Shown one piece after another: positions 28,280 to 41,400 of a stretch of DNA of 64,000 bases (position 1 is its first letter; each line of letters opens with the position of its first letter). The notes below the pieces were generated by a model. It did no database searches. It worked only from the letters and a program-made list of their open reading frames with translations, and was not told where the DNA came from. This DNA is from Ophelia neglecta. Its lineage: Eukaryota. The stretch covers positions 47,616,001 through 47,680,000 of the forward strand of contig OZ260664.1 in the NCBI GenBank assembly GCA_965285935.1, written 5' to 3'. Position numbers and translations under genes: made by a program.

Positions 28280-29199
28280 ACCCAGTCACAATGTCGGCGA
28301 TCTGTCGTGGATTAGTTTTGGCCGGGGGTCGTCGTAGAAAATAAAGAATCCTTGAACAATCCTAGCAATAATCCTAATAAAACTGGAGCAGTCACATTGT
28401 CTGAGATTTTTTCAAGGATTTTGACCTCGTTTTGTCGAAAAATCGTGGGATTAGCCTCCGATCGCCTCCGATTGCATCGGAGGCGCAATCGGAGGCGATC
28501 GGAGACGATATCTGCGAGCGTCTTTTCTTTTAATTTTTCCCCCACCATGGGTATATGTGGGGAAAAAGGAGGGTTTTCTGACCTCGCATCTGTATTTCTC
28601 CCTGTACACTGTAGCGTGGTATCCCTCATCTGGTTGCACATAGAACAGTCACTTCAACTCTGCAGAGAAGCTGGCGCTGATTCCGCCCCAGAGGCTCCGT
28701 GTAGGCCGTGTTGCAGAGTTGAGGGCCAGGCTGATGGGTCTGAGGAGAAGGGAGGAGGCAGTGATGCTGGCCCTTCTGGCTGAGGAGGAGAGGATCACAG
28801 AAAGCGTCGCAGGGCGCCTCCGATTCAGTCGGAGGGCGCCGGAGACTACTCGCAGACATTTAATCTCAACCTGAATTTCCAATCCCACACAGAATCTTGC
28901 GACTAGTCTCAGATTATTCGGAGGACGCCTCCGATTAATCGGAGGGCATCGTAGGTCATCGGAGATTGTGTCTGGGATGCCCAAAATGGGTGAAAAATCT
29001 TGCGAGCAATCTTCAAATTTTAAGTTCAAAGTTGGGGACCGCGACGGGTGTGGCGATGCCTAAAAAATCTGCGACAAGCCGCAGGCGTCCGGAAAGCGCC
29101 TCCGACGGGTGCAAAATCGTGAGATCTGTCTCAAGATTTTGTTAAAATTTCCCGGGTTTTACCCATCGCCGACGCATCGCAACTGATTTGTGACTGGCT
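28280..29199 (+). mobile_element. Non-autonomous PIF/Harbinger-like DNA transposon, ~920 bp
   Basis: Ends acccagtcacaatg (28280) and tttgtgactggct|tta (29199) resemble the Pong/mPing-type TIR GGCCAGTCACAATGG, with TTA at the right flank. GC-rich island with many cgcctccgat/atcggaggcg palindromic subterminal motifs. Left TSD not evident. Confidence 0.7.
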
Positions 29200-32100
29200 T
29201 TATAAAAAGCCAGTCACAAATCAGTTGCAAATAATAACTAAAGGGAGCGTGAGAGCAAAAAATCTATGCATTGAAATTATTCAAAAGACTGGAGGGGGGG
29301 GGGAGGGGCAATTATTCCGAGGTTAAAAAATTGCCTTTTCCTCGAATCTAGTCTGCCTGCCGGGGATCTACGCTGACCTCTTTTAAGACGTCCCCATTCC
29401 AACTGGGAATGTCTTGTACTAGCAATCTTGCAGCTGCCTAGTGCACGTTGGCAACTGTCTGCTGCATTGACTCAGGATAAACACCAGCAACTACAGATCC
29501 TTAACAAAGGCTTTCAAATGGTCGAAAACGTATACTTCGTCACTAAGAATTAAAATTACATGTAGTGTGTTTTACTTGATCGAGTCGTTTTGAAGTAACT
29601 CTAATCTTAAAGTCTTAAACAATACAATAAGCTTGGCGTTATTTGCACAAGTTAAATCTATTTACCATTTGCAGGCCTGCATCATGTGAAGATATTAAAT
29701 AGCAATGTAATGTCGTGTATAAGGCATTATGCTGCTCAACTTTTTAAAGAGAAGGTCAATAACTACATCAGAGCATGGAGTATGTCTATAAATCTCTAGA
29801 TGTATGTGTAAGTGCATTCACAATTGATAAAAACACCACCCGTAATATATGAGCTAGTTATTGTCATACACAGCAAACTCAGACCTTGACGATGGAAAGA
29901 ATCTTGGCGTATTTATTTATATATAATTAATAGATTCTAAGTAGCAAGTGTAGATGAGTAGTCTTCGGTGGTACAAAACGTGATTGACGTAATTATTATA
30001 ACATGCATCTTGGAGAATTACAGTTTTATTTTAACCCTTCACTGCGTCCTTCATTGCACTTTACACTAATCACTTTATGAACGAGGACACCTAATTAAGA
30101 GTGGTACCTAACACACCAGTCAGCTAGTGTGAGCCAAGATAACTAACAAATTTATTTCCAGGAGTAGACTTTGTTGATCCGGTTTGGTACACGGCAACAT
30201 GAAATTTACGGGCCCTGTCTTTCAGTGTATTTCGGTAAATGCCGTCTGACATTAGGATAATCCGGCTGCCTGGACTACTGCTGCCATTGACTGAAATTAA
30301 ACAAACATACACAGTCGAGTACAGCATTTTCCATAACATAATAAATAAAATAAGGAATAAGCATAGCTCATATTTGAATTTGAATATCCTTTGAAACATA
30401 TTATATTTGACGCATTGATCATTTCCTTTAGATTTGATTGCTATTGCTCACATTTTGCTTCTGATCGGAAATAAAGCACCAACGACTGAGTGGATCGTCG
30501 TGTTGAAAGCCAATATCGATTTCCTTGTTTTCTTAAACAGCATCAAGGGAAAAGAGATGTCGAATTAGTCAAATGAAATGGAGGGTGTTCAGAGACTAAA
30601 CTCCTTTTCGTCGACCGATGATTCTTTTATGGCATTCTATAAGCCTTGAAATAAATGCTGCTATACAGTTGATGTGAAATGTCCAAGGGAACTTGGTGTT
30701 TACGAGGCACAGAAGGAATGCTGGATCATTTGAACGCGCATTGCAGTTAAAACTATCGTTCTATGTTGAAAAGACATAGAGTTCCCATAATATAAACAGC
30801 TAGAAGCAACTAGCCGACACAATGAAAGATGGTTATGAAACAAGGCAACACATCGTGCTGGCAACCCTTGTCACGAGTCAGCTCCTATGTCTCAGAATCT
30901 TACTTTTCCTTTACCTCCTGCATGGTTGTTTATCCATCGAATACACGGATGTAGGCTATGCAGTGTTTATCACAACGGTTCCGTTACGGGCAGCTGGACA
31001 GAATCTATTGCACAAACGTTTGATTATCTAATCATTTATTGATTTTCTACCAAAGGGAAGAAGAAATAACAATTTTTGTGCTCTGGGGAAAGTTATGTAA
31101 GGATGCTGGGATGTGGAACTTGGGATATGAAAACAAAATGTAAGTTATTGGACAACTAATCATTGATATGGGAAAGTTGCCCAATGTTCGGACAATTTGT
31201 TGTGACAATGTTTTTCCTTTGATAGGGGCTAACGTTACTTGCCAAACTATATTTCATCTTATGCTACTTTCCTGATCCAGGACATATATAAAACAGTTCA
31301 TATTCACATAGCTAATATAACGTTTTTAAACTATATTCGCTCACCTTTTTTGTCCCGTCACATAATATAAGCCTGGATAACAAATCCTGCGGGGGTAAAT
31401 AAACCGACAAACGTTTAACACACAAGTGTAGGCAAGCTTAGACGGCTTCAAATTACCCCAGTGCCCCTTGTCTGCCGCCTACGGATACTTTGTTGAATTT
31501 CATATGCTTGTTGATATATAAGCAATAACAACGGTGATCTCTAAAATAGGCAAAAACCATATGAGTGCATGTTTCGTCAATAAAATAATGTATTAGAAAG
31601 AAGATACAAATACCTATATGAGACTCCATAAAGCAAGATCAAGCAACTTTGTCTAGTAGTGTTATCATATTTTGATGAATGAGGCAGACATCAATTTCAC
31701 CGAAACAATGTCCAAGGCCGAACGCCCGTTACCGGGATAAATTGTGAAAATAAAGATATTGCAGCTTTCTGGGTCACTTTTACCTAAAGTAAAATGTCAT
31801 GCATTCCTGCTTATAATATGAAGTTGCTAAGTTAAACTTGGTCACATAAAAATAATCTTGTGGAAGTAGGTAAATAAACGTTTTAATACTGATAGAAGCT
31901 GAATACCCCACCGTAATTGGTTAGAATCACCACAATTAGGAAGAACTTAGATTTGAGGAAAAGTGTTACTGAGCAGGCCAACGAAAGACAAAGTCCAATT
32001 CAAATACCGAGTTTGACACTATCCGCTTGGAGTCAAACTTACCGTGCATATCATTTCTTAATAAATGTTTTATATTAATTGCCCGTATAGCTTTCCTTCA

Positions 32101-34046
32101 AAATCAAAGTCGGTGCAATTAGTTACCTATTTTATCCGTTTATGCCACATATTCACTTTGTGTCCCCAGTATTTCACCCCATTCTTATTGTTCACCATAG
32201 AACATATCCAATTAAATACATAGTTCTCCAAAAAGGGTCTTTATCCCGTGTCCCCTTTGTGAAAGATGCGAAAGGGGATGTTGCAAACATTTGTATTGAC
32301 TACAATCCAACGCTATCAAATCATTACTGCACTACTAACAGGTGTGCCCACTCCCACTGATTCTCATAATTAGAAAACATTTTGATTATGTAAGAGCAAC
32401 TTGTCTTTCAAGATGATTGGTGGTAAAGAAGCCATCGGGTGCAATGACAGGTTTCCTTTGGATAATTGCCTTGAATCTCAAGTTAAACTCAACTTCATTA
32501 GCCGTGTATTACCATGGACGTCGCTTTTCTCACTTGCCTGCCTGGTATACGAATCTACCCCTCTTCCGTTTTAGTATGGGTGCAATATCCATCTTTAAAG
32601 AATTCAGCTAATCGTTTATTGCTTGCCCTGGCTTTTGAAAACTATTATGGGACATCTTTAACCTCGATTGGTCAATTTATTAACACTGACTGGGTAGCTT
32701 TGGGATTTATATCCAGTGAATACAATGAATCTATAATATGGCTGACACTGGGGCTATAGAATAATCCAACTCACGCCAGGCACTGTCGATTAGCCAATAT
32801 GGTGTCGATGTTAACGCTTAACCACTTTTTCTTGCATGAATGTTTAATGTCACCCAACCGCGGAAGTGCAGCCTTTATTTTTATAGTAATGCCCCCTTGT
32901 AGGTTGCAGTTGTTCGGAAATGGAATTATATTTATCGCATTCTAAAGCGAGCTAATTTTCAATGATCACTTTCATCAAAGATAGAGGGTGATGTAAAGAG
33001 AACCATAAATATTATCTTTACCATCAGCTGGTGCCGGTCACTAGCCATTGTAAATAGAGTGTTGGTGCCAAATGCGCTGTTTGAAAGGGTTGGTAAGTGC
33101 ACAGCCGAGGCCAGGAACTCCTGCTGTGAATTGGTACATAGCTTGTAACCTGAATTTCGCCTCTTATATCATTTAATATTGATAAGAACAGTCAGCATCA
33201 CCATACATCCAACTGAAAACATGTTTATAGATGCACATGGAGTAGGGAGGCGATGGTTTTAGTGTTCATGTCATTTCCGTGTAAAGGGGAGATTTAAAAC
33301 TTATTTGACTTCCTTGTTCCACTATATTAAAATAGGTCTAACTAGTTATAATTCAACGCTAAAACAATGTTTAAACAAGAAGCATAGCCAACCCTTATAG
33401 CACATCCTTTGACTTCTTTCCGCTTTGAATGTTAGTATATAACAAATAAAAACCTTAACAATAATCTACTCCAAAATATGATTGGTGTTCACCACCATCA
33501 TGCTGGTTTCGAATGTTCTGTGTTTTTTGCACAGTAACGATGGTCGCAGCATTCATAGGAGAATTAAAATAAAAACACAAGCACACATATTTGAGGAGAC
33601 GCCAATTTTTGCTGGTTAATCAAAGGTGTGTTATAAGTGATAATTGCAGCAATATATAGTGTAAATGAATAGCAGTCGTAGATTATCACTATATAAAACA
33701 AAACCGTTTGTTCATTTGAAATTTATAACAATAATATTCCATGTTCAAATATGTATAATTTCCCAGAAGTAGAATATTATGATAGTAACGTTAATGGATA
33801 GAAAACATTTTGTCTCTATACTTTAAGCACTCTAGAGAGAGAAAGAGCGAGAGAGCAGCTTTTGTCAACGTTCATCATATTTCACAACTGTCCTACTTTC
33901 CCACTGACTTGACTCTCGTCATGGAAAACAGCCGAATGCTCCTTATTTCAGTAATACATGGGTAGAGTTTTTTAATTTTCGTACTGTCTTAGGGTAGATT
34001 TCTCGTGCAGTTGGGAAACGTCATGGTGTTATTTGGGCTGCAGCAG

Positions 34047-35443
34047 TTGATATGTAGAGATGCATTTAAACTGGGTGAAGTGCGTCAATTGGAGATGTTG
34101 AAATGTCGAATATCACCATCAAGTATGGTGAAGTTTAGGTCTGTTTGCCCCATGAACGACTGCCGAGATTAAATCGAGTTTTAACTGGGGAAAGTACAGT
34201 AAAATTAAATTATTTACTGTTTTATGATTCATCTAGGATATGCTAATTTCATTTGTTGAATCGGACATGATGATCAATTCCACAGTGGAACAATTTTCAT
34301 TAACCATTCGGGTACGTACAATGTAATTACATTATGCATGCCTTGTATCTATAAGCTAATAAGCATATAAAGTAGTTGACTATCCGCCTCCTCGTGTTCT
34401 CATAAAAATGTCCTGCTTGTTCATTTAAAAGTTGATGTTTCCTCCATTACAAGCCACCATTATTTTGCCCTTTCGCGTGCTTCAAAAATCGCATAGGCAC
34501 AAGGGGACATTTACTTGATTACAGATTTATAATACCTCCTAGCTGTTCTAGGCATGAGGCACAGGAACCAATAGCTGTTTTGGTCTAACAGGGACCCTTT
34601 ATTTATTTGACTCAATTGGACTTCTCCCATATTGATATTTCCATTGAAGCATTGATGCACATATATGCATAAGTAGGAAATGAAACACTTATTGTCATTT
34701 GTGAATAATCTAAAAGTTTGGAGCAATGTATGAAATGTACGTTATTCTTTCATTGTTCTCTTTCATTGATGGTGCCTACAATATGTTACATTTTCTTATA
34801 AATAACCAAACTTTTCAGTTCTCTCGCAATTAGCAATATATATGACATTTAGTTTGCTATAGGTATACATGTATTATTTCCCAATTATTGGCGTTTTCCT
34901 CTCCTGACGCTCACATGATAATATTAATATATTGGCGTCGCAAAACTGGCGCTTAAAACTTATTTTGCAGTAATCCATAATAGCAAGGACATTTACTTTA
35001 AAAATTCTCTCCAGTGTCTTTAGCTTGCCAAGTGATGATCCAATTACACTTGGGAGTGTTTTTTATCCGATACCAACTATAAGGGTTAGCAACTACAAAC
35101 GTTTGTTGATATTTCATGATAAGGGAATACAATTCGATAGTGCCAAAAAACAGCCCGTTATATAATCATGTAAAACTACACAATACGATTAAATGCCAAT
35201 TTAAAGCTCGTTCGTGTTAAACAATGCAGCTTAGCCATATGTCTTAACAGTTACTTAACAGTTACTTAAGTAAATATGCCTTTCAGTCAAGTTAATAGGC
35301 ATATTCGCTGAATAACATGAACGGCTGCAGTCGTTCATGGGGCAAACTTACCTAAACTTCACCACACTTGATGGTGATATTCGACATTTCAACAGCTCCA
35401 AATGACGCACTTCACCCAGTTTAAATGCATCTCTACATATCAA
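34047..35443. repeat. 117-bp inverted repeat pair (34047-34163 / 35327-35443) flanking a ~1.16-kb spacer
   Basis: ttgatatgtagagatgcatttaaactgggtgaagtgcgtca...gccccatgaacgactgc matches its reverse complement at 35327-35443 with only a few mismatches. Confidence 0.9.
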
Positions 35444-38400
35444 ATAAAGCTAAAATGGCGCAAGCTATGGCATATAACAGGTACAAGACAATAGATTCCT
35501 ATTTAGTAACATCTCAAAATTCAAATACATCTAACGCTCAAGTACACTGTTTCTTCTGGCCTTGTACAAATCCATGCCTCGATTGATGCAATGATGATAG
35601 AGGCCTAAAGATTGCATGATATGTGGGGTGTGCCGTTAATTGCGACCTGGGCAGGCAGTCATCTATTAAAAGTGAATCATTGGTGTCCGGAGGCGGCAGC
35701 CTGAAATCAGCGTCGGCAAAACCAGGCAACAACCATTCCTGTGACCAGTCTGCCAGCACCAAGTGCCTGGTACACACCTATAGGGCGTTATATCTACCAT
35801 CTACTAGACTCTTCTTCTAGTATCCACTTCTCGGATTACGCAAATTTACGGAGAGCAGAAGGGAGAAAGCGGGGTTGCTAGGGTCGGGGTCAGGAGAGCT
35901 GGATGGGAGACGCACAGTTCCAAAGCGGGTTAAACAACACAGCTAATGGGGTAGACTAAGAGGCTCGCCACCTTGTAGTTTAGTTATAGGTAAGTGTTTT
36001 GAATTATTTTAACCCTAACCACGAATTATATGAAGGAGGTATTGGCCACCCAACGCTATTTCTCGGGAAATAGATTAACTACTATGAAATTGGCTGAAAT
36101 GCCCTTGTTGTTTTTCTAGTCATTTTGCAGAAATGCTGCACGCATTTATCTTTTGTTGGCACAGGGTATCTAGGTTAGTTTATTTCTGATAAGCGGAGGT
36201 ATAGGAATATACATCTACAGGGTGTGCATAGCTTACGGGAACATTTCTTACTGATTGAACAATTGCCTATGTACGGTTTGTAAATGTACATACAGAAGTA
36301 AAAAGAAGCTTCAGTAAATCGCCAAATTCGGCAAAAATGGTTTTTCGATCGACTTATATCCTGCATTGTGTTGATATCGTGATTAAACATATAGCTATAT
36401 GAACTGGTGGAAATGTTTTCAATGGTTTGCATATTATTATATTAGCAATGATAATAGCGTGCCAGCTGTGGTATTTAGAAAGCATTGTGTATATAATAAA
36501 GTCATCAGTCACTGTGGTTTATTGGGTTGTGCGTCTGTAAGGGGCCTATTTGCTGATTATTTTCTTGTCCTATGCCAAATTCTGATTCTAATTCTGAATT
36601 GAAATGTATTAAACGCTTGGAATATTGAATAAATTATGACTTTAAATTTATCTTTTGCTAACTTCAAGTGAAGACAAACTGTTTGCGTGCTATTTGCCCC
36701 AAAACATGAGTGTTTTCTTTTTTCCTATTTATTATTTTAGGACTCACCTTTTTGAATAATGTCCCACTGAGTCAGTTTTTCTCCCATACGTTAGCACTCC
36801 CATGCAGTAAAGAGTAAAACAGATTTGCCAGGTCTCTTGGTTTCATAAATTTGAGCAACCTCCCTATGTTTCTTCTTAGACCTATCTAAGCACTGACTAG
36901 GTACTGATTTTCTTTTTAACGGAGAAGAAATATCTCATGGTGAAAATTGACTATCTCACTGCTTGCCACTTGTAATTGGCCTTAAAGCCCACTGGTTTGC
37001 TCATGGGCGAAAACAATCTAAAATATCACTGTAATACGATTTTGGAATTTCTCTGTTATAATGAATTTCTAGGCAATAGTAAGTAACTATTTTAGTCAGT
37101 TACTCTCCTTATTTAATGATAATTACCAGCAAAACTAATATCAAATAAAAATAAGGACAGTTATTTTCCAACGAAGTTTACCTTATACCTTTTGCATGAA
37201 ATTATCATAAGTTTATGCTAACTATCATTCTAGATTGTACAAATATCACAGCATTTTATTGGCCGCATTGAGCTCTGATTGGCCAACTTCTAGCCTTGAT
37301 GACCCAATTAATGAATTGTGAGTGTCCAGTGACCTCTGTTTAGGACATTCGCTCCATTGTCCAGTGGTTAGTGATTTACACGCAACTCACTGGAACAGTT
37401 TTGTAATTGGTTTCACCTTTTGTTTCACCTTGTGTTTTTTGCAAAAGGAAGACATTTCAAAACAGTACGAATATGTTCAATGAAACAACGTGTATCGTTC
37501 ATGAAACAATATATAGCTACCTGGCCTTTGTTGAGGTTAAAATGAACACATTTATTATAAGATGAACGCGAAAAAATGGTTTCGGCTTTTTTTTGGATAA
37601 ATGACAGTAGAGGATGATAAGGTGCATTAGGTGATATAAGGTCCTTTCTTTTCCCTGTGTACATCAACAATCTGCCTGATTTTCTGCTACTCAGCAAGCT
37701 GGGTATGCAGATGGCGCTAACTGTTTGTTTCTCATAAAGCTATCAATTACATAGAAAATGTCTAATGTGAAGATACTGACCTTCCAGATGAACGGCCATT
37801 ACATTATAACCTTAATTCGAATGCTGATAAGCGGGTGCAGTCTTTCAAATAGAAAGGCTTTGGTTGACTCTAATCTGTCTTGGACTAGAGAGTTTAACAA
37901 TTTCCCAAAGAATTGGCTTTGACAAAAGGATAGACAAATTCGTCAATCAAAGCAAACCTGCCACATGTGTAAAGGTCTGTTTTTACCTATTTTGCATTAT
38001 GGAAATGTCCTTTGGACAAAGGCAACGAAGGGTAATGTAAACAGCATCCAGCGCCTTTAGACTTGTGCAGGGAAGGTTATTCTCAAAAAGTAAATGTAAA
38101 TGTAAATGGTGCATTTGTGTGAGTGATATTCATGAGTCCCTCGGATTGTTGTATTTCGAGGAAAAGGTGACTCCCAAAAAAGCACTGAGAGACTGAGGGA
38201 GGCCAAGTGTATAATTGATATTTATGATAGGTAATCGAAGGGAAACTTCAATTTTAAAGAAGGAAAAGATATGTGAGTGGCAGGCTTTATCACAGTATAT
38301 ACATCACTGCGCGTGTGTAGCTAGTCTGCCTATAATTCTGTTACGGGGCTCGAGAAAATTCCTTGGTGTCCACTTACACTCTGACTATTCATAGCTGATG

Positions 38401-41400
38401 GCCGACACATTTAATGACTATGAAATTGATTCAAGTGCATTTTTCAGTAGACTGCAGGCATATGTTTGTATCTCTGTCTAGAGGCTGATTTGCTCATGAT
38501 TCGGATTAATCCGCCCATTGCCGCTTCTTTTGAATGTAGTTCTTGCGTGTTGGACTTACAACATACAAGAAGGGCCCTGACACCCGTAGGCGATAATTCA
38601 GGATACCTATATAGTAGATTGGCTGATTGCCCAGGAGGTATTACTGTAACGAGTCCTACAAGACAGCAAACTGTGCATTTCCATTAATCAATTTGACTTT
38701 GTGAATATCAGTATGAACGGACATGTGGACGGAATGCTATTTTAATGTCGAGTTGCCGTTCCGTTGATTTGTTTTAAGTTTCGTATACTTTTGTTTGATT
38801 TCACATGCTGAATAATTACATTTTCAAAGGACAAATATATTATATTATAAGACCAATTTGCTTATAGGCTTACGCATATTTATTCGCATATAGGCTATAA
38901 TTCTCCAGATATTATGACTCTGGAGAAACATCGAACAGGTACGAATTGTTTCAAAACGGAAAAAACAAGACAATTTAAAAAAAATGAAATTAGCTGTACG
39001 ATGTTGGTATACAACACAACACCACCTGTCTAGGACTGGAGACCGCGGTCTTATTAATCACGGATATATTACGAACGATGCATGAACTGCAGTTAATACA
39101 TACTGGCACAAGTCGGAGGTTAAATGAACGTGCTTGTGAAACTGGCAAAGGGCAAGGCTGTTTTTTATCGCGTCTATGCTTTTCCAGGGATCCGCCCGGC
39201 TGGAAGCATAAAAAAATACGTAGAATTCATCAGGTTATTTAACAAGATAGCAAAAACAGTTCCCAATGATGAATCAACTGTAAAGCCAAGGAAATTATAG
39301 ATGTATCTTCGTTTTACAGTTAGCGAATCCGGATGTTACCTTTTCGTTGCTATACAAAAAAACTGTTGAACTTTGCACTAATTTGTATTAGCCTAATGCG
39401 GAATTTATTGCATGATTAGCAGATGTTTAGACAGCCTTGCCCGTCGCCGGTTTCAGTAGCCCTATTGACCTCAAACTTGTACCAGGATGCGAATATATAT
39501 CGTCTCAATATACCCGTGTTAATGCCTGTAGTTGCAAGCCATATCTTGAGACGATTGACATTAAGAAATATAAAACACAATAAGTATTTAGCTCGCCTTT
39601 CTTTGGCTCTTCCTAATATATCGTACTCTGAAATATTTGAATTGGGCTTATTATTATACATCCAGCTATATGATTTTATTGGCGTTCTCGTCTGGTACTT
39701 TGCATGGTTTAACATGAAATATGTGCAATATTTCGTTTACTGCATGTTGTTTTGGAGTTGATGCATTGCACAGGCGCTTAAATTTCTCACAAATTGTCAA
39801 AAGATTCCATCATCTAAAGTCACGTGCAATATTCAGATGTACACGAATCCAATACATGCTGATACTATATGCAGTATACTACCTATTTCTCTACCTAGGA
39901 TACTATAATTGTACGCCTGTGATGCCTTGGTGTTTGTATCTAATTACAAGAGAAGGGGGGACGGTTGTCAATAGCAATCAGTTTCCACATCTAAGTGGTC
40001 ATTTCGGTGAAAAGCCATTTTAGTGGAATTTGCCTATTCCATAACTGCATTTTTGGACCCTATTTAACTATAATGTACATGCCTACAAATATGTACTTAG
40101 GCAGTCAGCCCACTATTCACATAACTATTTTGTTTTTTTCCACTTATCCAGTCAAAGGCGGTTATAACAGGCACAGACTGTAAAGAAAAGTAGGTCGTGA
40201 GCCTCACATCCATGCAAAGGCCAGGGCCCGCTCACTCACTACCAGCTCGGGGGGGGGGGGCTTTTTCTGGGGGATAAGTGATCGTTTTCTGACCAATAGG
40301 GGGGGGGGGTCATCCATTTCAAAATTACAAATTTGTTCCATGCTTTAGCTCAGCGATGCTGAGTTGATCCAATCTTATTGCTTGACCCCAATCGTTCCGC
40401 ATGTCCACCATTACTCCATTCGAATCTTTCTCAAAGTGCACCAAAACTTTAAAAATTTGCTCCCCGGAATCCAGCAGACTTTTTTATGTATTATTTAGAC
40501 CATTCGACAACTCTATAAATAGATTTTATAAATCTCAGCGATATGACCTAATTTGGTGTAATGACGAGGTAAACACTTTTACAAAATTTTACAGCAAATC
40601 TGTGGTCGCCCATTTCGTCCACGGATCATTCTTGGGGTCATCAATTGAAATTCACCAGCACGCCCCCCCCCCCTCTTTCCTCCTTCGTCGCCTAATAATT
40701 TATGACTAGGGCCTAAGTATATATATTTTTAGAAGCCAAGTAATGCTAAAAAAACCATGCTGATCACGCAGGTAACTCAACTGAAAATAGAGATTTACCA
40801 TCCCCAGCATTTTTATGACGCCATTGTTGGCATTTCTTTGACATCAAATTAATGCTAAAGTGCGCTTATGTTGACTTGGCTTAAGACATCGAACATTACA
40901 AAAAATGAGACAGGGGTTGCACCATAGCTTGTACTTAGTAGATATGGCCTGTCGCACTATACCATCTCCAGCATATTTTATGGAGGTCATAAAGTCACCG
41001 GAATGCGTACGTTGTCATTCACAAAGATAATTTAGCGATTTCTTCCCGAGTTATCAAGACTAAACATCATGCACCAACCAAAAAGAGATAAGTACGGGTC
41101 AAAAAGAGCGGTCTGGTGGAAAGAGGGCCTAAAACAACTGTGGGAGTTAAGAAGAACGGTTTGCTCAAAAATGGATAAAAATACCGCGGAGCATATACAC
41201 ATGTGCCAGTATAATGCGGGTAACCCCCCCCCCCCCCCCCGCCCTCACCGGGTGTCTCAATATATATTTGTTTACATTGGCGGCATTCCCATCCCACAAG
41301 AAGTGAAAAATAGAATACAGAACGATAATACGCTGTATTATAATTCATATACCTAAACATTCAAATTCATAGTTTTATTCAAAATTAGGGCCTACTAATT

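Noticed and set aside
28312-29029. Cluster of overlapping 60-143-aa ORFs as a gene
   Set aside because: Explained by the GC-rich palindromic content of a non-autonomous transposon; no complete domain.
34055-35435. hAT element (TAGAGATG...CATCTCTA ends)
   Set aside because: The flanking 8-mers (ttgatatg / catatcaa) are inverted rather than direct repeats, so there is no 8-bp TSD.
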